64,000 nt of DNA from Naegleria gruberi (Eukaryota), in the NCBI GenBank assembly GCA_000004985.1, contig GG738856.1. One strand, 5' to 3'. The notes beneath the pieces are model-generated. The model ran no database searches. It worked only from the letters and a program-made list of their open reading frames with translations, and was not told where the DNA came from. Both the position numbers and the translations under genes were made by a program. Of the stretch, positions 36,950 to 48,913 are shown one piece after another (position 1 is the stretch's first letter; each line of letters opens with the position of its first letter).

Positions 36950-38213
36950 ATCTCAATGCTCGGAATCTATTTTTCAGTCAACTGCTAATTTGTCCTTTCG
37001 TTTTTATCAATTATTATTAATAATAAATAACCCTGAGAGAGCTCTTCAGAAGGAATGCTGTTGTTTTTTTTAAATATATCATCATGCTGGTTGTTGGCTT
37101 GGATTGATTCTTACCAAACTTCCAACATGCCTCAAAATGGCACTCCAACCAAGAATTGAAAAATTGGCGCGATAAATGGAAGATCCAAAAAGACCTCACT
37201 TGCCGAGCGCTGAAGGAGGAGAGAAATTGCTTCCGCTCTTAAGGAAAATCCACGCTTTATCTGCATCAGCAAGATGATGTTGTTTTTGAGCTTGTGTTGA
37301 GAAGGTTATGAATTGGCAGTTGACAGATATTGGAAAAAGTCCGTCTTATTGAAATATAAATTTCGCTCGTGGAAAATGAGGGTGTAATAATGTGAGAGTG
37401 TAAATTACCGATTAGTTCTGTTATCGATTCTCAATTTCATCACCCTGAATGCATCACTAGAAAATGATTGTCATTTGAGTTGATTAGTTTCGGAATTGAT
37501 TTCAAATTTTTCGAAAGGACATTAGAGAATCACCTCATGCTCACTAATCTCTCTCAGCAAATGTAACCTCATAATTAATCTGGGGATGACGCTTATTACT
37601 CAAAGTGCGATGATCAGCGCACTAAAATCGTGGCTTTTGGATTTTGATTGTTTTTTAATATATCCTTAAAGGAATGAGAAGTTTTCTTTGATAATCTCCT
37701 GTAGAATCTGTGATTTACAGTAAATTGAGAATGACAAAGCTTTTTCTGGGATTCAAACAAGGTCGATTTATAAATATTTAAAACAATTAAATCGGAACAA
37801 TTAAATAAGAGATAATATTTGTAAAATTATTTAGCAGCCAGAATGGAAGAGTCCCCTAATTATCTTTTTAATTTCCGAAATCTGTGGTTGTCGATCATAT
37901 TAATTTTTAACACGTTTATTCATCAGAAATACTGGCGTTCTCTCTATCATTTCTATAGAATTCGGGTAGCTCTTCTACGGGAATGAATGTAAGGGTATGG
38001 ATCTTCAATTCTATTGGAATAGAATTCATGAATTGAGTCAAAGTAGGTAGTGATCCCTTCTTTCCCGATGAGACTACTGTTTTAAAATCATCGATGCGAA
38101 TTTCCCATTTTTCAAAGTACTATTAATGCATAGTGATTATGTCAAAGTTCAGTGACTAGAAATTTAAGAGAAAAAGCCCAGGAAAAGATGCCAAATTACC
38201 TTAGAGTGTGAAT

Positions 38214-38984
38214 TTATTGTAACCAAGATTGACAAGTAGAAACAGCGTTAGGAGATGTAGTTCCAACTGGTGGGAATCTCAACCATTCTCTCATGGAAAC
38301 TTGTGAAACACCCAAAGTTGGATCGTGCATTGGCATGGTAGCAACACCTTGAGCCATACCAACTCCCCATTGTGGATGTTGCAAATCAAAGATAATAGTT
38401 CTGGCATAATCTAAATTTTGTTGAGCATCTCTCCAACCATCAATGAAAGTTTGTGAGCTAACTCTAATTGGAGCAGTGAATTGAGTATTATTGGATTTGT
38501 AAAAGAATGAATAATATCCGAATTGAGCAATAGCATCCTTAGGAATTGGATAATTAGTGAATGGATCAGTCTTGGATGAATCCAAAGCAACAACTGTCAA
38601 CATGTCAACATAAACCTTAACAAGTGGACTTCCAAAGAATCTACGGTTTGATGTAACAGCACCAACAACTGAATATCCTTCAAAACTACCCTTTTCTAAT
38701 CTGAAACTTGTTGGTAAATTGGAAGAATTGGTAAAATCAATGCCGAATCTTGTCTTGAAAAATTGCAAACCTTCATTCAAACGTTGAGCTGTGAATCGTT
38801 GAGTATTTAATGGATATTCTAAACGTTTAGGGATTAATTCAAAGGAAACAGCATCATCATATAAAAGTGTCAATTCAGCAATAAAATTCTTGCTTGGATC
38901 ACAAGTCACTTGTCCATATGTGAAATTTGCAAGAATTAATAATATTAATACATTAACAAGAAGAATAAACTTCATATTGTACAA
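38214..38984 (-). CDS. Secreted protein of 256 aa. It is a paralogue of the N-terminal domain of the adjacent haloperoxidase-like gene.
   Basis: Signal peptide 'MKFILLVNVLILLILANFTYG'. It aligns with residues 60-290 or so of the 39653..41593 product ('FFKTRFGIDFTNSSNLP' against 'FFRNQYGLDISADGSRLP', and 'QFGYYSFFYKSNNT' against 'LIFGFYTFFWKVNGT'). Confidence 0.5.
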   Translation of the reverse strand: MYNMKFILLVNVLILLILANFTYGQVTCDPSKNFIAELTLLYDDAVSFELIPKRLEYPLNTQRFTAQRLNEGLQFFKTRFGIDFTNSSNLPTSFRLEKGSFEGYSVVGAVTSNRRFFGSPLVKVYVDMLTVVALDSSKTDPFTNYPIPKDAIAQFGYYSFFYKSNNTQFTAPIRVSSQTFIDGWRDAQQNLDYARTIIFDLQHPQWGVGMAQGVATMPMHDPTLGVSQVSMREWLRFPPVGTTSPNAVSTCQSWLQ

Positions 38985-39652
38985 GAGGAGGAAGGAGAGG
39001 TGGTTAATAATTTACAAGAGGAAAGAAAGACCTTTCGTTTAGAATCGTTTTTTTTGTTCTGAGATTAGTTGTGTGGTGAACACTTCATTGTGACCGACAC
39101 GTTTGACAATTAAAAAGATATTTAACAACAGAATTGAGAAGTAGACTGCCTTTATTTATTTTGAAACCAATAAGAATCTTCTAATGACCAAAAGCCCTTC
39201 ATAAGATATTGTAAAGGTTACATGTTAATTATTGTAATGTCACCAATTATGAAGAAGGTACTCTTAATACATTACTTGATTGAGTTAATTGGGTAAGCAT
39301 CTCTTTTGAGGAAGGTAATATCTTGGGAAAATGTTTTACAAAAGTGCCAACTTGCCGGCTGTCATTTTTTTGAAATGGCAGTTGACAACCATTAAGAAGG
39401 TATTTAATGACCCGCTAATCTCATAGATCCTTTTTCTTTGCGCATGTTCCAACGTATTTCACAATCGAACCTTCAAAACCAGAGTCATTTCCAATAACAA
39501 AAAAAATCAAAACTAATCTCAATAACCTTTAGTTCACACTTTCTCTCTGTATCATTATTATTATCCACAAAGTGTTCAATTTACTCTAATTGATTCACTG
39601 CCCTGTACACTTCCACCTTGTAAAATATATTTCCTTGTAACAATATTAAATA

Positions 39653-41593
39653 ATGACCTCCAACAATTATTGTAAATTAACCATCATGATGTTTTTCATG
39701 ATGATATTATTCATGGCCTCTCTTTCCCATGCCTACTCTCCAACCACCGAAACTGATCCAGATGAATACGATACTCAATTCTCCCTCTCTCTAGTTTCGA
39801 ATACTTTAGGTTCTATTGAACCAGGTCCAGTAACCAGATATCCAGATGCCTACGAAAAGGCCACAAGTTTCTTCAGAAATCAATATGGTTTAGATATTTC
39901 TGCTGATGGATCTCGTCTCCCAGTTGGTGCTCAACTCGTTACTGGTTCTGCCTCAGCTTACGTTATGAATTATGCCAAAGTTCGTGGTTATCCAATTTTG
40001 GCAGGTTCACAAGATGTTGGAGTTCATGATGATACTATTAGTATTGTCCTTTCTCAACCAGCTGTTGTTCATGGAGCTTATGGTGGTAAGAATGGAACTT
40101 TTGTCGATGGAAATTCTGTTTTAATTTTTGGTTTTTATACTTTCTTTTGGAAAGTTAATGGAACTTCAGTTTTTCCAAGATCTACCTTTGCAGGAATGAT
40201 GCCAATGAAGATTGGTCCAGATGGTTCAATGGTTGTTGATTGTGAATTGACTTCTAATATATTTGGAAAGGGTATGGCTAGAGGAATTATGCTCATTAGA
40301 ATTAATCCTCTAACTGGTCAACCTTACACAACCATTGTTAGTTCACATACTTACCAAATGTCAAAGACTGATACATCTCCAAAATGTGCTGTATTGACAA
40401 CTGAAAAGGACATTCACAATGATGACTTTGTTGTCAAGTGGAATAATGTCTTGTTGAGCGTCATTCGTGATTTGAAAGTTGCTCCACCAATTGCCTCAAG
40501 ACAAATGGCCATTCTTCACACTGCCATTGATGATGCCCTTGGTAATTGCAGAAGATTGAGATATACTTCTAGAAAGTGTACTCGTGCTACTTTGGTTTCT
40601 GTTATTTCATATGCTGCTCATCGTGTCTTGTCCAATTTGTATCCAGCTCAAATTGATTGTTTCAATGGAGCTTTGAAGAGAGCTTTGGAATGTAATGAAT
40701 GTAAGACTGTTCCTAGAACTGAATTGGTTGCCATCGGTAAATCAGGTTCTTTGGCAGCTGACAGAGTTTTGAGATGTAGAGATAATGATGGTAGTACTGA
40801 TTTTGTTGATTATAATTTCTCTAATGGACCAATGTCTTATCAATCCCATGCTCCAAACTATGTCAGAGTTCCATTGTTACCTCAATGGCCAAATGTTGAA
40901 CCATTTGGTGTTCAAGATGTTGATTCTTTCGATCAAGGTCCTCCACCACAAATTGGAACTCCTGCATTCGAAAGTTCATACGATGAAGTTTTCACATATG
41001 GTAAGAATGATTCTAGTGTGAGAACATTTGAACAACGTAGAATTGCCTTGTTCTGGGCTGATAATGCTGGTACAAGTACTCCACCAGGTCACTGGAATAT
41101 CATTTTACAATCCATCATTAGAAAGATGAATATTGTTGATACTTTCAAGATTTCTGGCATGTTTAAGGTTTTGACTAGTTCATTGGCTGATGCTGCTATC
41201 GTCTGTTGGTATCATAAATACAAGTATGATGCCTTCCGTCCAGTTACTGCCATTGCCAACAGAAATAGAAATACTAATTGGTTCCCATTTTTGGCAACTC
41301 CTCCATTCCCAGAATATTCTTCAGGACACTCAACATTTTCTGCTGCAGGTGCCAGAGCTTTAAGTTTATTATTGGGAACTGATGATATTTCCTTTGAAAC
41401 CATTTCTGAAGGTTATGTTCATCATGTGAGACAGTTCAGTAAATTGTCAGATGCTGCAAAAGAAGCTGGTAAATCAAGAATCTATGGTGGTATTCACTTT
41501 GAATATGCCAACCAAGCTGGTTATACTTCAGGTGTTGCTGTTGCCAATGCTGTTTACAATCAGTTGTGTAGAAATGGTTCATGTCTCGTATAA
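39653..41593 (+). CDS. Secreted vanadium-dependent haloperoxidase / PAP2 acid-phosphatase superfamily enzyme with an N-terminal accessory domain.
   Basis: Signal peptide 'MMFFMMILFMASLSHA'. Complete PAP2/V-HPO tripartite motif: 'KYKYDAFRP' (KX6RP), 'YSSGHS' (PSGH) and 'SRIYGGIHFEYANQAG' (SRX5H..., which resembles the 'RIFLGVHWRFD' of fungal V-chloroperoxidase). The spacing between motifs is canonical. Confidence 0.75.
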   Translation: MTSNNYCKLTIMMFFMMILFMASLSHAYSPTTETDPDEYDTQFSLSLVSNTLGSIEPGPVTRYPDAYEKATSFFRNQYGLDISADGSRLPVGAQLVTGSASAYVMNYAKVRGYPILAGSQDVGVHDDTISIVLSQPAVVHGAYGGKNGTFVDGNSVLIFGFYTFFWKVNGTSVFPRSTFAGMMPMKIGPDGSMVVDCELTSNIFGKGMARGIMLIRINPLTGQPYTTIVSSHTYQMSKTDTSPKCAVLTTEKDIHNDDFVVKWNNVLLSVIRDLKVAPPIASRQMAILHTAIDDALGNCRRLRYTSRKCTRATLVSVISYAAHRVLSNLYPAQIDCFNGALKRALECNECKTVPRTELVAIGKSGSLAADRVLRCRDNDGSTDFVDYNFSNGPMSYQSHAPNYVRVPLLPQWPNVEPFGVQDVDSFDQGPPPQIGTPAFESSYDEVFTYGKNDSSVRTFEQRRIALFWADNAGTSTPPGHWNIILQSIIRKMNIVDTFKISGMFKVLTSSLADAAIVCWYHKYKYDAFRPVTAIANRNRNTNWFPFLATPPFPEYSSGHSTFSAAGARALSLLLGTDDISFETISEGYVHHVRQFSKLSDAAKEAGKSRIYGGIHFEYANQAGYTSGVAVANAVYNQLCRNGSCLV

Positions 41594-41825
41594 ATAAAAC
41601 TAATCCAATAAGAATTTTCAATAATTCTGAACAAATTATTATTCCCTATACTCAAATCAATTGAACTATGTAAATAAAATTAATAATTTCACTTCAATTC
41701 ATTGAGAATTGACTTACTTAATATTTTTCAAATATTTTTGATGGAGAATCTTACAAAGGCGGGAAAATGGAATGTAGTGCGTACGCAGAAAATAAAAATA
41801 GATTCAAAAAAAAATACCTCGAAAA

Positions 41826-42563
41826 ATGATGCAACAACTCTTGACCATTTTGAATTTGTCTGCTGAGGATGCCGAAAACACTCTTCAAACAATTAAAACT
41901 GTGATGGATAAGCAATTGGGACAATTTTATAATTCTACAAAATGTGATTTTACTAAAACCATTCCATACGGTGATCTTTCTTATGATTTTGTGATTTGTT
42001 TGGAAAAGAAAATTAGTGATGAATTTATTTTGGAATGTTTCCGAGTTTTGAAGAATGGCGGATCTATTTTCCTTGCTAATAATAATGACAATTCTGATGC
42101 ATTGATGATGAACGGATTTTTAAGTATTACACAACAAGAAAGCGTTGTCAAAGCTACTAAACCTTCTTTGAATTTGGGATCCAGTTTCTCCCTCTCAACT
42201 AAACAAGCACAAACTGCTCCAATCAACACAACTACACAACAAACCAATGTCAAGAAGTGGACTTTGACAAATCTCGATGACGATGATGTTATTGGTGATG
42301 ATGACTTGTTGGAAGATGATGATTTGAATAATGCTAGCACTAGTGATGATTGTGGAACTGGTATTGGAGGAGAAAAGAAGGCCTGTAAGAATTGTACTTG
42401 TGGTAGAAAGGAAGGTGAAATTCCAGAGCCAACCGAATATGTTAGTTCTTGTGGTAACTGTTTTAAGGGAGATGCTTTCAGATGTGGAACTTGTCCATAT
42501 CTTGGTATGCCAGCATTTGAACCTGGTGAAAAACTTCAACTTAAGAACACTATGGATATTTAA
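41826..42563 (+). CDS. CIAPIN1: Anamorsin (CIAPIN1/Dre2), an Fe-S cluster assembly protein.
   Basis: C-terminal twin Cys motifs 'CKNCTCG' and '[23 protein letters not shown]' are diagnostic. The N-terminus is methyltransferase-like. Confidence 0.85.
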   Translation: MMQQLLTILNLSAEDAENTLQTIKTVMDKQLGQFYNSTKCDFTKTIPYGDLSYDFVICLEKKISDEFILECFRVLKNGGSIFLANNNDNSDALMMNGFLSITQQESVVKATKPSLNLGSSFSLSTKQAQTAPINTTTQQTNVKKWTLTNLDDDDVIGDDDLLEDDDLNNASTSDDCGTGIGGEKKACKNCTCGRKEGEIPEPTEYVSSCGNCFKGDAFRCGTCPYLGMPAFEPGEKLQLKNTMDI

Positions 42564-42587
42564 AGCTATTTTAATTTACATATAAAC

Positions 42588-43598
42588 CTAGTTTGATTTG
42601 AGAAGCTTTCTAATACTCATCTTGATAATATCATCAACTTCCACTCTTGCTTGTCTCTTCTTATCCAATTCTTGAGTTGTGAGTTGAGCAAGGAATGGCA
42701 TAAAGTCTTGTTCAACTTGTCTATGTACAATATCGTAGAAGAAACCCTCTTCTTGCAGAGTTGTAAAAACATTGAGATCCAAATTTTCAAGATATTGATT
42801 TGCAAATTGTCTACTAGCCAATTTTCGTCTACATTCTTGTTCTCTTTGTAATCTTTGTCTTTCTTGTTCCTTACGACGCTCCTTCTCTTCAAATCTTCTC
42901 TTTTCAGCTGCTTCAAGTCTTTGAGTTTCTGCCAATTCAGCATTACGCTTTTGAGCAAATTCTTTCTTTTGTTGCTTGAGAGCTTCCATTTCTTCCTCTT
43001 CCAAAACTTCAAGCATTGATTGTTCTAATGTTTTTCCGATAATTACTTCCAATATTGGTGCAACCTCAAAGTCAAAATCAAACAAATCCTCTTCCACTTG
43101 AACACCTGTATCAACACCTGTTTTTGAGGGTATGAAAACTGGAGATTCAGGTCTGTCTTGAAAAGGATCTGTTTGCGTCCACACATCTGTTTCTTCAATT
43201 TCCTCCATATATGTTTCTGTTTGGATTTCAATATGTTTCCTACCATCAACCGGATCTAAATTTCTCTCAGCTAGTAATTGTTCTTGTAAATCTCTTTCTT
43301 GTCTTTGTTTTACTTCCAACAATTTTCTTTTTTGTAGTTGTTTTTCCCTCTTTTCTTCGAGCTCCATTTCAAGTTGTTGGTTTTGTGGTATTATTTGTTG
43401 AGCATAGGTATTACCTCTGTAAACTCTTCTATCATACATAATATTTCCAGTGTTATTCAGAGAGTTCCCTCGGCTAGATACTTCCGCAAAGGGATCTCTA
43501 TACTTGTTCTTCTTTGAGGAGTTGTTGACAGGCTTTGGCTCCTGCTGAAATGAATGAAATGCTGCTTGCATTTTTTTTACTTGTTTTAAAACTGACAA
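42588..43598 (-). CDS. Radial spoke protein 3 (RSP3/RSPH3)-like axonemal AKAP.
   Basis: Blocks 'NIMYDRRVYRGNTYA', 'DGRKHIEIQTETYMEEI', 'LFDFDFEVAPILEVIIGKTLEQSMLEVLEEEEMEA' and a charged coiled coil 'AELAETQRLEAAEKRRFEEKERR' match what I recall of the RSP3 family core. I cannot confirm this from memory. Confidence 0.5.
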   Translation of the reverse strand: MSVLKQVKKMQAAFHSFQQEPKPVNNSSKKNKYRDPFAEVSSRGNSLNNTGNIMYDRRVYRGNTYAQQIIPQNQQLEMELEEKREKQLQKRKLLEVKQRQERDLQEQLLAERNLDPVDGRKHIEIQTETYMEEIEETDVWTQTDPFQDRPESPVFIPSKTGVDTGVQVEEDLFDFDFEVAPILEVIIGKTLEQSMLEVLEEEEMEALKQQKKEFAQKRNAELAETQRLEAAEKRRFEEKERRKEQERQRLQREQECRRKLASRQFANQYLENLDLNVFTTLQEEGFFYDIVHRQVEQDFMPFLAQLTTQELDKKRQARVEVDDIIKMSIRKLLKSN

Positions 43599-43773
43599 AC
43601 TGTAAGTTTTTAGTTCAAAAATGGCGCCATTTTATTTGTTGAGAGATGATGAAAAAGGGAAACTTAATACCTATGGCAAGATGATGAAATAAGGATTACG
43701 CAAAGATTATTAAAACATAATAGAAAAATATCATGATCAAATTATAGAATTTTTGGAATTATTTTTAATGTGT

Positions 43774-44370
43774 TTAATATTCATATTCAACTTCTTCATT
43801 TATGAAGCCTCTTTCACTGACGTAAATACCGTCCAAGAACTTACGAATATCCTTGTTCTTAACGAGGGTAGCAAGATGGATAGCGGCAGCAGAGTTGGAG
43901 ACAAGTTCCAAATCATTACCAGTAATTTGAATTTCGTCCTTTTGACCAGTAACTTCAACAACACAACCTTCTCTCATGTCGACCTTTCTGACTCTCTTTT
44001 CACCCAAGAAGTTTCTGATTTCAATGTTCTTCTTGTCGTCAGAAATCTTACAGTTGACAGGGAAATGCGCATAGACGAATCTCATCTTGTACTTGTATCC
44101 CTTGGTAACACCAACAATCATGTTTTGAATGTGGGTAGCAACAGTTCTAACGAGAGATGATTCTCTTCTGTTACCGTGGAACTTTTGAACGACAACTCTA
44201 GTGAAGTTATTTTCTTCAGTTGGTTGTTCAACGAAGACGTCGAGTTGAACGTGTTGGAAGTTTCTATGCAAAGTACCTCTTGGACCAGTAACGGCGACAC
44301 GTCTAGCCTTGACAGTGATGGTAACACCCTTTGGGACCTTAACAGTTTCGACAGTGTTCAAGCTCTTCAT
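43774..44370 (-). CDS. RPL9: 60S ribosomal protein L9 (uL6).
   Basis: 'MKSLNTVETVKVPKGVTITVKARRVAVTGPRGTL...YAHFPVN...IRNFLGEK...KDIRKFLDGIYVSE' is collinear with eukaryotic RPL9. A GTAAGT motif in the leader suggests a 5'UTR intron. Confidence 0.9.
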   Translation of the reverse strand: MKSLNTVETVKVPKGVTITVKARRVAVTGPRGTLHRNFQHVQLDVFVEQPTEENNFTRVVVQKFHGNRRESSLVRTVATHIQNMIVGVTKGYKYKMRFVYAHFPVNCKISDDKKNIEIRNFLGEKRVRKVDMREGCVVEVTGQKDEIQITGNDLELVSNSAAAIHLATLVKNKDIRKFLDGIYVSERGFINEEVEYEY

Positions 44371-44757
44371 TCTTTGTGTAAGCAGGTGGTAAGTAAAAAA
44401 CCGAGAGGATGACAACTTACTTGTTTTGACGATTTTTTTTTCAACAAACTTTGTTTAATTTTTGGGTGACTAAATCTTTACAATGAAAAAGTTTGCTTGG
44501 ATTTTTGAATGGATTTTTCATTATGAAAATAAAATTGCACTTTGAAGCAGGAATGACTTCATAAATTTTCATTGTTCGTTCATCACTCTCCACCTTTTTG
44601 TGTTTGATAATTCATGATAATTTCCCAACAACAATAACTTCTCCGCATCATCAATATCTACAACAACAATATGAACATGTATTACTAACGGAATGGAGGA
44701 ACAAATAACCGACATTTGGTGTTAAATCAACTAATAACATTAAAATACAATAATAAT

Positions 44758-45828
44758 TTATTCTTCTTCACCATCATCAACAACATTACTACTACTAGCT
44801 CCGTTGTTATTATTACTATTACTATAGGCTTGTGTTTTTTGTACGAGTTGGTAAAACATGTTCAAATTGAGAGCCATGATGGATTGATTTCTCTTCGATT
44901 CATCTTCTCCTTCATCAGTAATAATCCTTGACTTTAGCTGGCCATCCTTCTTATCTAATTCCAAACTCACTTTTCCTTCCTTCACTAGAAAAGAAAAGTA
45001 GAAAATGTTTTCAATAGTGTGACAGAATGATGTTGGATCAACTACAATATCGGGCAGTGAAAGCTGTTGTTCATTTCCCTTTCGTTTCTTTAAATTACTT
45101 TTCATTGTCTTGAAAAGTTTTCCTACAGCCCTAGTGGTAGCATCCTCTTTAGATTGCTCATTAAATTCCTCTGCTTGTTTTTCTTCTGTTACTTCATCTC
45201 TTGTTCTCTTTGTACGTTCCTTCTTCTTTCTTTCCTTTCTTTCAGTTGACAAAGGTCCATGCATAAATGTCACTGTTGGTGTTCGTTTAAAGATGTGTGT
45301 AACACTACTTCCAACACTATTCCAATCGATATCATAGGTAGCATCCTCCGAATCATCACGACTTGATCTTGTTCCTCCTCGTTGTTTTCCAAACTTTTCA
45401 TCCAATTTGATCAAGAAATCTGTTGGATCCCATTCTTTTCCTAGTGTAATTGCTTTCAATTGTTGAATACTATGTTTAGATAATTGTTCAAAAAGTGCTG
45501 ATTCCAAGGCTCCTTCTCTAGCGTGTACAATGTTCTTTTCCATTGCTTTCATTTTGCCAAACATGTGAATGATTTCCTTATCACCAGGCTTTGTCAGTTT
45601 TTCAATATTCTTGTCAGCCTCGTTGACAGAGGCTATGATTTTGGCTCTCAACTCTCGTCTAAAAGCATCTGTTTTTTTAGTATCATCATCAACTTCTTCC
45701 CCTTCCACCTCCGAAGAATGATCATCTTGTTGTGATTCCTCCTCTTCTTGTTGCTCTTCTTCCTCTTCACTTTCTTCCTCCTCCGAAGAATGTTCTTCAA
45801 CAACTTGTTTCCTCTTACTTTTTTGCAT
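44758..45828 (-). CDS. Non-SMC element 4 (Nse4/NSMCE4) of the SMC5/6 complex, with an acidic N-terminal tail.
   Basis: C-terminal Nse4 block 'SFCHTIENIFYFSFLVKEGKVSL' (compare human '[23 protein letters not shown]'). The N-terminal kleisin-like helices are present. Confidence 0.7.
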   Translation of the reverse strand: MQKSKRKQVVEEHSSEEEESEEEEEQQEEEESQQDDHSSEVEGEEVDDDTKKTDAFRRELRAKIIASVNEADKNIEKLTKPGDKEIIHMFGKMKAMEKNIVHAREGALESALFEQLSKHSIQQLKAITLGKEWDPTDFLIKLDEKFGKQRGGTRSSRDDSEDATYDIDWNSVGSSVTHIFKRTPTVTFMHGPLSTERKERKKKERTKRTRDEVTEEKQAEEFNEQSKEDATTRAVGKLFKTMKSNLKKRKGNEQQLSLPDIVVDPTSFCHTIENIFYFSFLVKEGKVSLELDKKDGQLKSRIITDEGEDESKRNQSIMALNLNMFYQLVQKTQAYSNSNNNNGASSSNVVDDGEEE

Positions 45829-45952
45829 TTTTTTCTTCTAGTTTTTATTGGATTGAGAAACGGTTCCCGCCAAAAGCAAAAATTTTATGGATAAAGACAA
45901 CAAAAATTGTTGGAATTCATTCTTGCACAAGAAGAAAAATAAATTAATTATT

Positions 45953-47459
45953 TTATTTGGACCAAAGAGAAATGTTTGGGAAGGCTACACAAATTTTAGT
46001 ATTGAACTCTTCTTCTTCGTACGGAAGAGGATTTTCGTCAAGATTGACTATTGTGGCACTATTAGAAATGACTCCACTTGGTATTCTCTTGATTTGATTA
46101 TTCTTCATGGATAACAGGTTGAGTTTAGTCAATTCGCTCAAACCTTCCAAAAATCTAATCTTGTTATTATCAAGAATTAATGTTTCCAAATTCTTCAATT
46201 TTAATTGAGGAATAAAAAGAATATCATTGTTAGAAAGATCAATAACTTTCAAATTGTCACACAAATTTGGAATAGCATTGAGGATATTAATTCGAGAAAT
46301 ATTCATGGAAGGAATGGCCAATTTTTCAACATCATCCTTATTGGTATGTTTGAGTAAAAAGTCACTTCCTAATAAAAAGATTAATCACAATTTCTTTCAA
46401 TAATACATACTAATGTCATTATAGTAACCCTTGTGGGTAGGATCGATTTGAATTAATTTCTCAAGATGAGTCAAAACAGTAGTCTTTTCCGATTCTTCAA
46501 GCTTGTGTTCATCCAACATGTTCAATACAATAGTAACAAGACACCCTAAATAATAATTAGTAAATTCAACTAATTGTGAAAAACTCACATTTTTCATCTA
46601 ATGGATTCTTCAAATCAGTCATCATTTCCAATAAATCATTACAAGTTTCCAAATCCTTTGATTTAAGTTGTTTTCCTTCGGCTATTTACAATATTAAAAA
46701 ATCAAATTCAACTCGTTTCAAACTTACATGTTGACAATAACCAACGGTGATAAATCCAAGCACTCTGATTGGATGGTTCTGTATAGAATGCATTTGTACA
46801 AAGATCATATTCTTGATTGATGACTTCACTGAGGGGAATGCCTTCCTGTTCAGAATATTCCACAAGGAGAGAGGATCTATTATGCCAAGCAGAGTAATTT
46901 TGTACATCATCCAACATGCCATATAAATATTCCAATTCTGATGATGGCTTTCTTTCAAGTAAATGTAAAATAAATCTTCTATAATTCCAACAGTGGACTA
47001 AATTGATCAATCAACAATTCCGAAATAAATTATTCACTTACAATTTCTATTATCATATTTCAGTAATTGTGATGTCAAATCCAAATCAGTTTCCCAATAA
47101 GTCTTGTCAAGCTTTTTCATAACCCATGAACGATGATGCCAAGTACCATATGACTTCATGTGATGCTTACTAAGAATTGTAGCAGTTAATTTTAATTCAT
47201 TTTCATAAACTTCCTTGATTTTTTCTGGGGCAGTTTCAATCAAATGTGTAATAATTTCCTTTCTATAATTCCACAAACTATAAAATTCCGGGGAAATACA
47301 AAGAGCAGTTTCAATATTTGCCAACAATTCCTGAGCATAATTTGCTTCCTTCTTATTCTGCAAAATATTCTTTCTGAGTGATGAAAAGACTTGAATTTTC
47401 TCCTTCAGAATGAGTGCCTTCTTCTCATCAAGGGTTTGATTTCTTGGTCTTCCGTGCAT
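45953..47459 (-). CDS. RABGGTA: Rab geranylgeranyltransferase alpha subunit (PPTA repeats plus a C-terminal LRR domain), at least four exons.
   Basis: N-terminus 'MHGRPRNQTLDEKKA...' parallels RABGGTA 'MHGRLKV...'. PPTA repeats 'EFYSLWNYRKEI', 'HCWNYRRFILHLL' and 'YSAWHNRSSLL'. LRRs 'LDLSNNDILFIPQLKLKNLETLILDNNKIRFLEGL'. Exons are joined by GTAAGT introns near 47040 and in the 46.3-46.7 kb region. Confidence 0.8.
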
Positions 47460-48913
47460 TTTGGGGTTGTTGATTGTCAAAGATGAAGAGAAAAAAATCC
47501 AAAAGATGTGATGCTCCTATTTTTTTGATGATTTTTGTAAACGTTGGTGATGACGATTTTCATAAGGTTTACATACGTGTTGATTGCAAAGTTATTATTG
47601 TTATATGAAGTGATCAATAATATTATCAAACATAAGCGTATTGGTTGTCAATTTTTTCAAAATTAGATCTCATTCTGAAGTTGCCATGAAAATGGCGTTC
47701 GATCACGAGGGAAATTTGAATCAGAAGGAAATCCATTCCAATACTCTCTGGATTTTGGTTGACTTTGAAGGAATCAATTTCTCCAGATTCAAAACAGTAC
47801 TGTTAAATAAGAATCCAATCATTCTCTATTTGAAAGATTGAGTGAAAAAACCGTAAACTGTTATCCAGATGTTCGTTTGGTAAAATTCACCTCTTTTGTT
47901 AATAGATCTAATTTAAACAAGTTAGTTTACATTGATGAAGATTGACCATTTTAATACCATGCAACATTTATACAATCATTGAAGTTAATGAGCAGTGTTA
48001 ATTTAATTTTCTCTTTCCAAAAACATGGAAATGAATCAAAACTACAAAAAAGGTAAAAAGTTAAAAATATACGCGAAAAAGTACTTATTTGAAATTGTCC
48101 CCACCATCTTACAAAACGGTTACAATTTAATCAATGATTGAGACAGAACAATATTCAATAGTATTTATTTGATATTTTGTGAGGGGTTTATACAATTGCA
48201 TACAATAACTTCCATCATTATCAATTCAGATCTACATTCGGTTGTATTTCCATCAGTCAATATTAGAGAGTTAACAACACTCACACTATTCGAAATGCTT
48301 TCAATGATTGAGAGAACATTGGTCAATGAATAATTGTAAGAGTGTGTAGATGCATTTCATTGTGAATCATTCGATTTCACAACACATCAGTTTTAGGCAT
48401 TCCATCATACTTGCAAAAGAAAACTACCAAACTGATCAAACAATATTCTTCACAGATGATAACTCGATATAAATAGGATTGTATTTCTCTTTAATCTTTT
48501 AAAAAACCATTCTCAATCTATCAACAATCTTGCCCAAACATCAACGCATTGTAGTTTGAAAAAGGCGCCATCACATCACAAAAACGATTCACTGGTTGAC
48601 GTTGTAGGAAGCAAAACAAGCCTTACATCAAAAGCGCGATCCAAGCAGCTTCTTTTGTAGTCACATCTTCAACACTGGCACGATTGTGTCTTTTTATATA
48701 AATACACTGAGGTTTGTAGCAGCGATACAAACATCAAGATACATTAAAAAAAAGACAGAACAAGATTGTCTCTCAACAAGAAGAATAACATCAGACTGCA
48801 ACAATACTAAACAACAAATATTTTGAGACAAGACAATTTGATAACATCCGATCAAACTCAATTACAACAACAACAATACAACAACAAGAAGAAACTCAAC
48901 AAGAAACTCAAAG

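Noticed and set aside
37000-38200. A 1.2 kb stretch with no track ORF between two minus-strand genes, relatively GC-richer in places. I considered a ncRNA or a small unannotated gene, for example the ORF starting 'atggaagatccaaaaag' near 37175.
   Set aside because: There are no tRNA, snRNA or rRNA hallmarks (no T-loop GGTTCGAAT, no Sm site context). The only ORFs are under 60 aa without homology. It is most simply the promoter and 5' region of the 35921..36949 gene.
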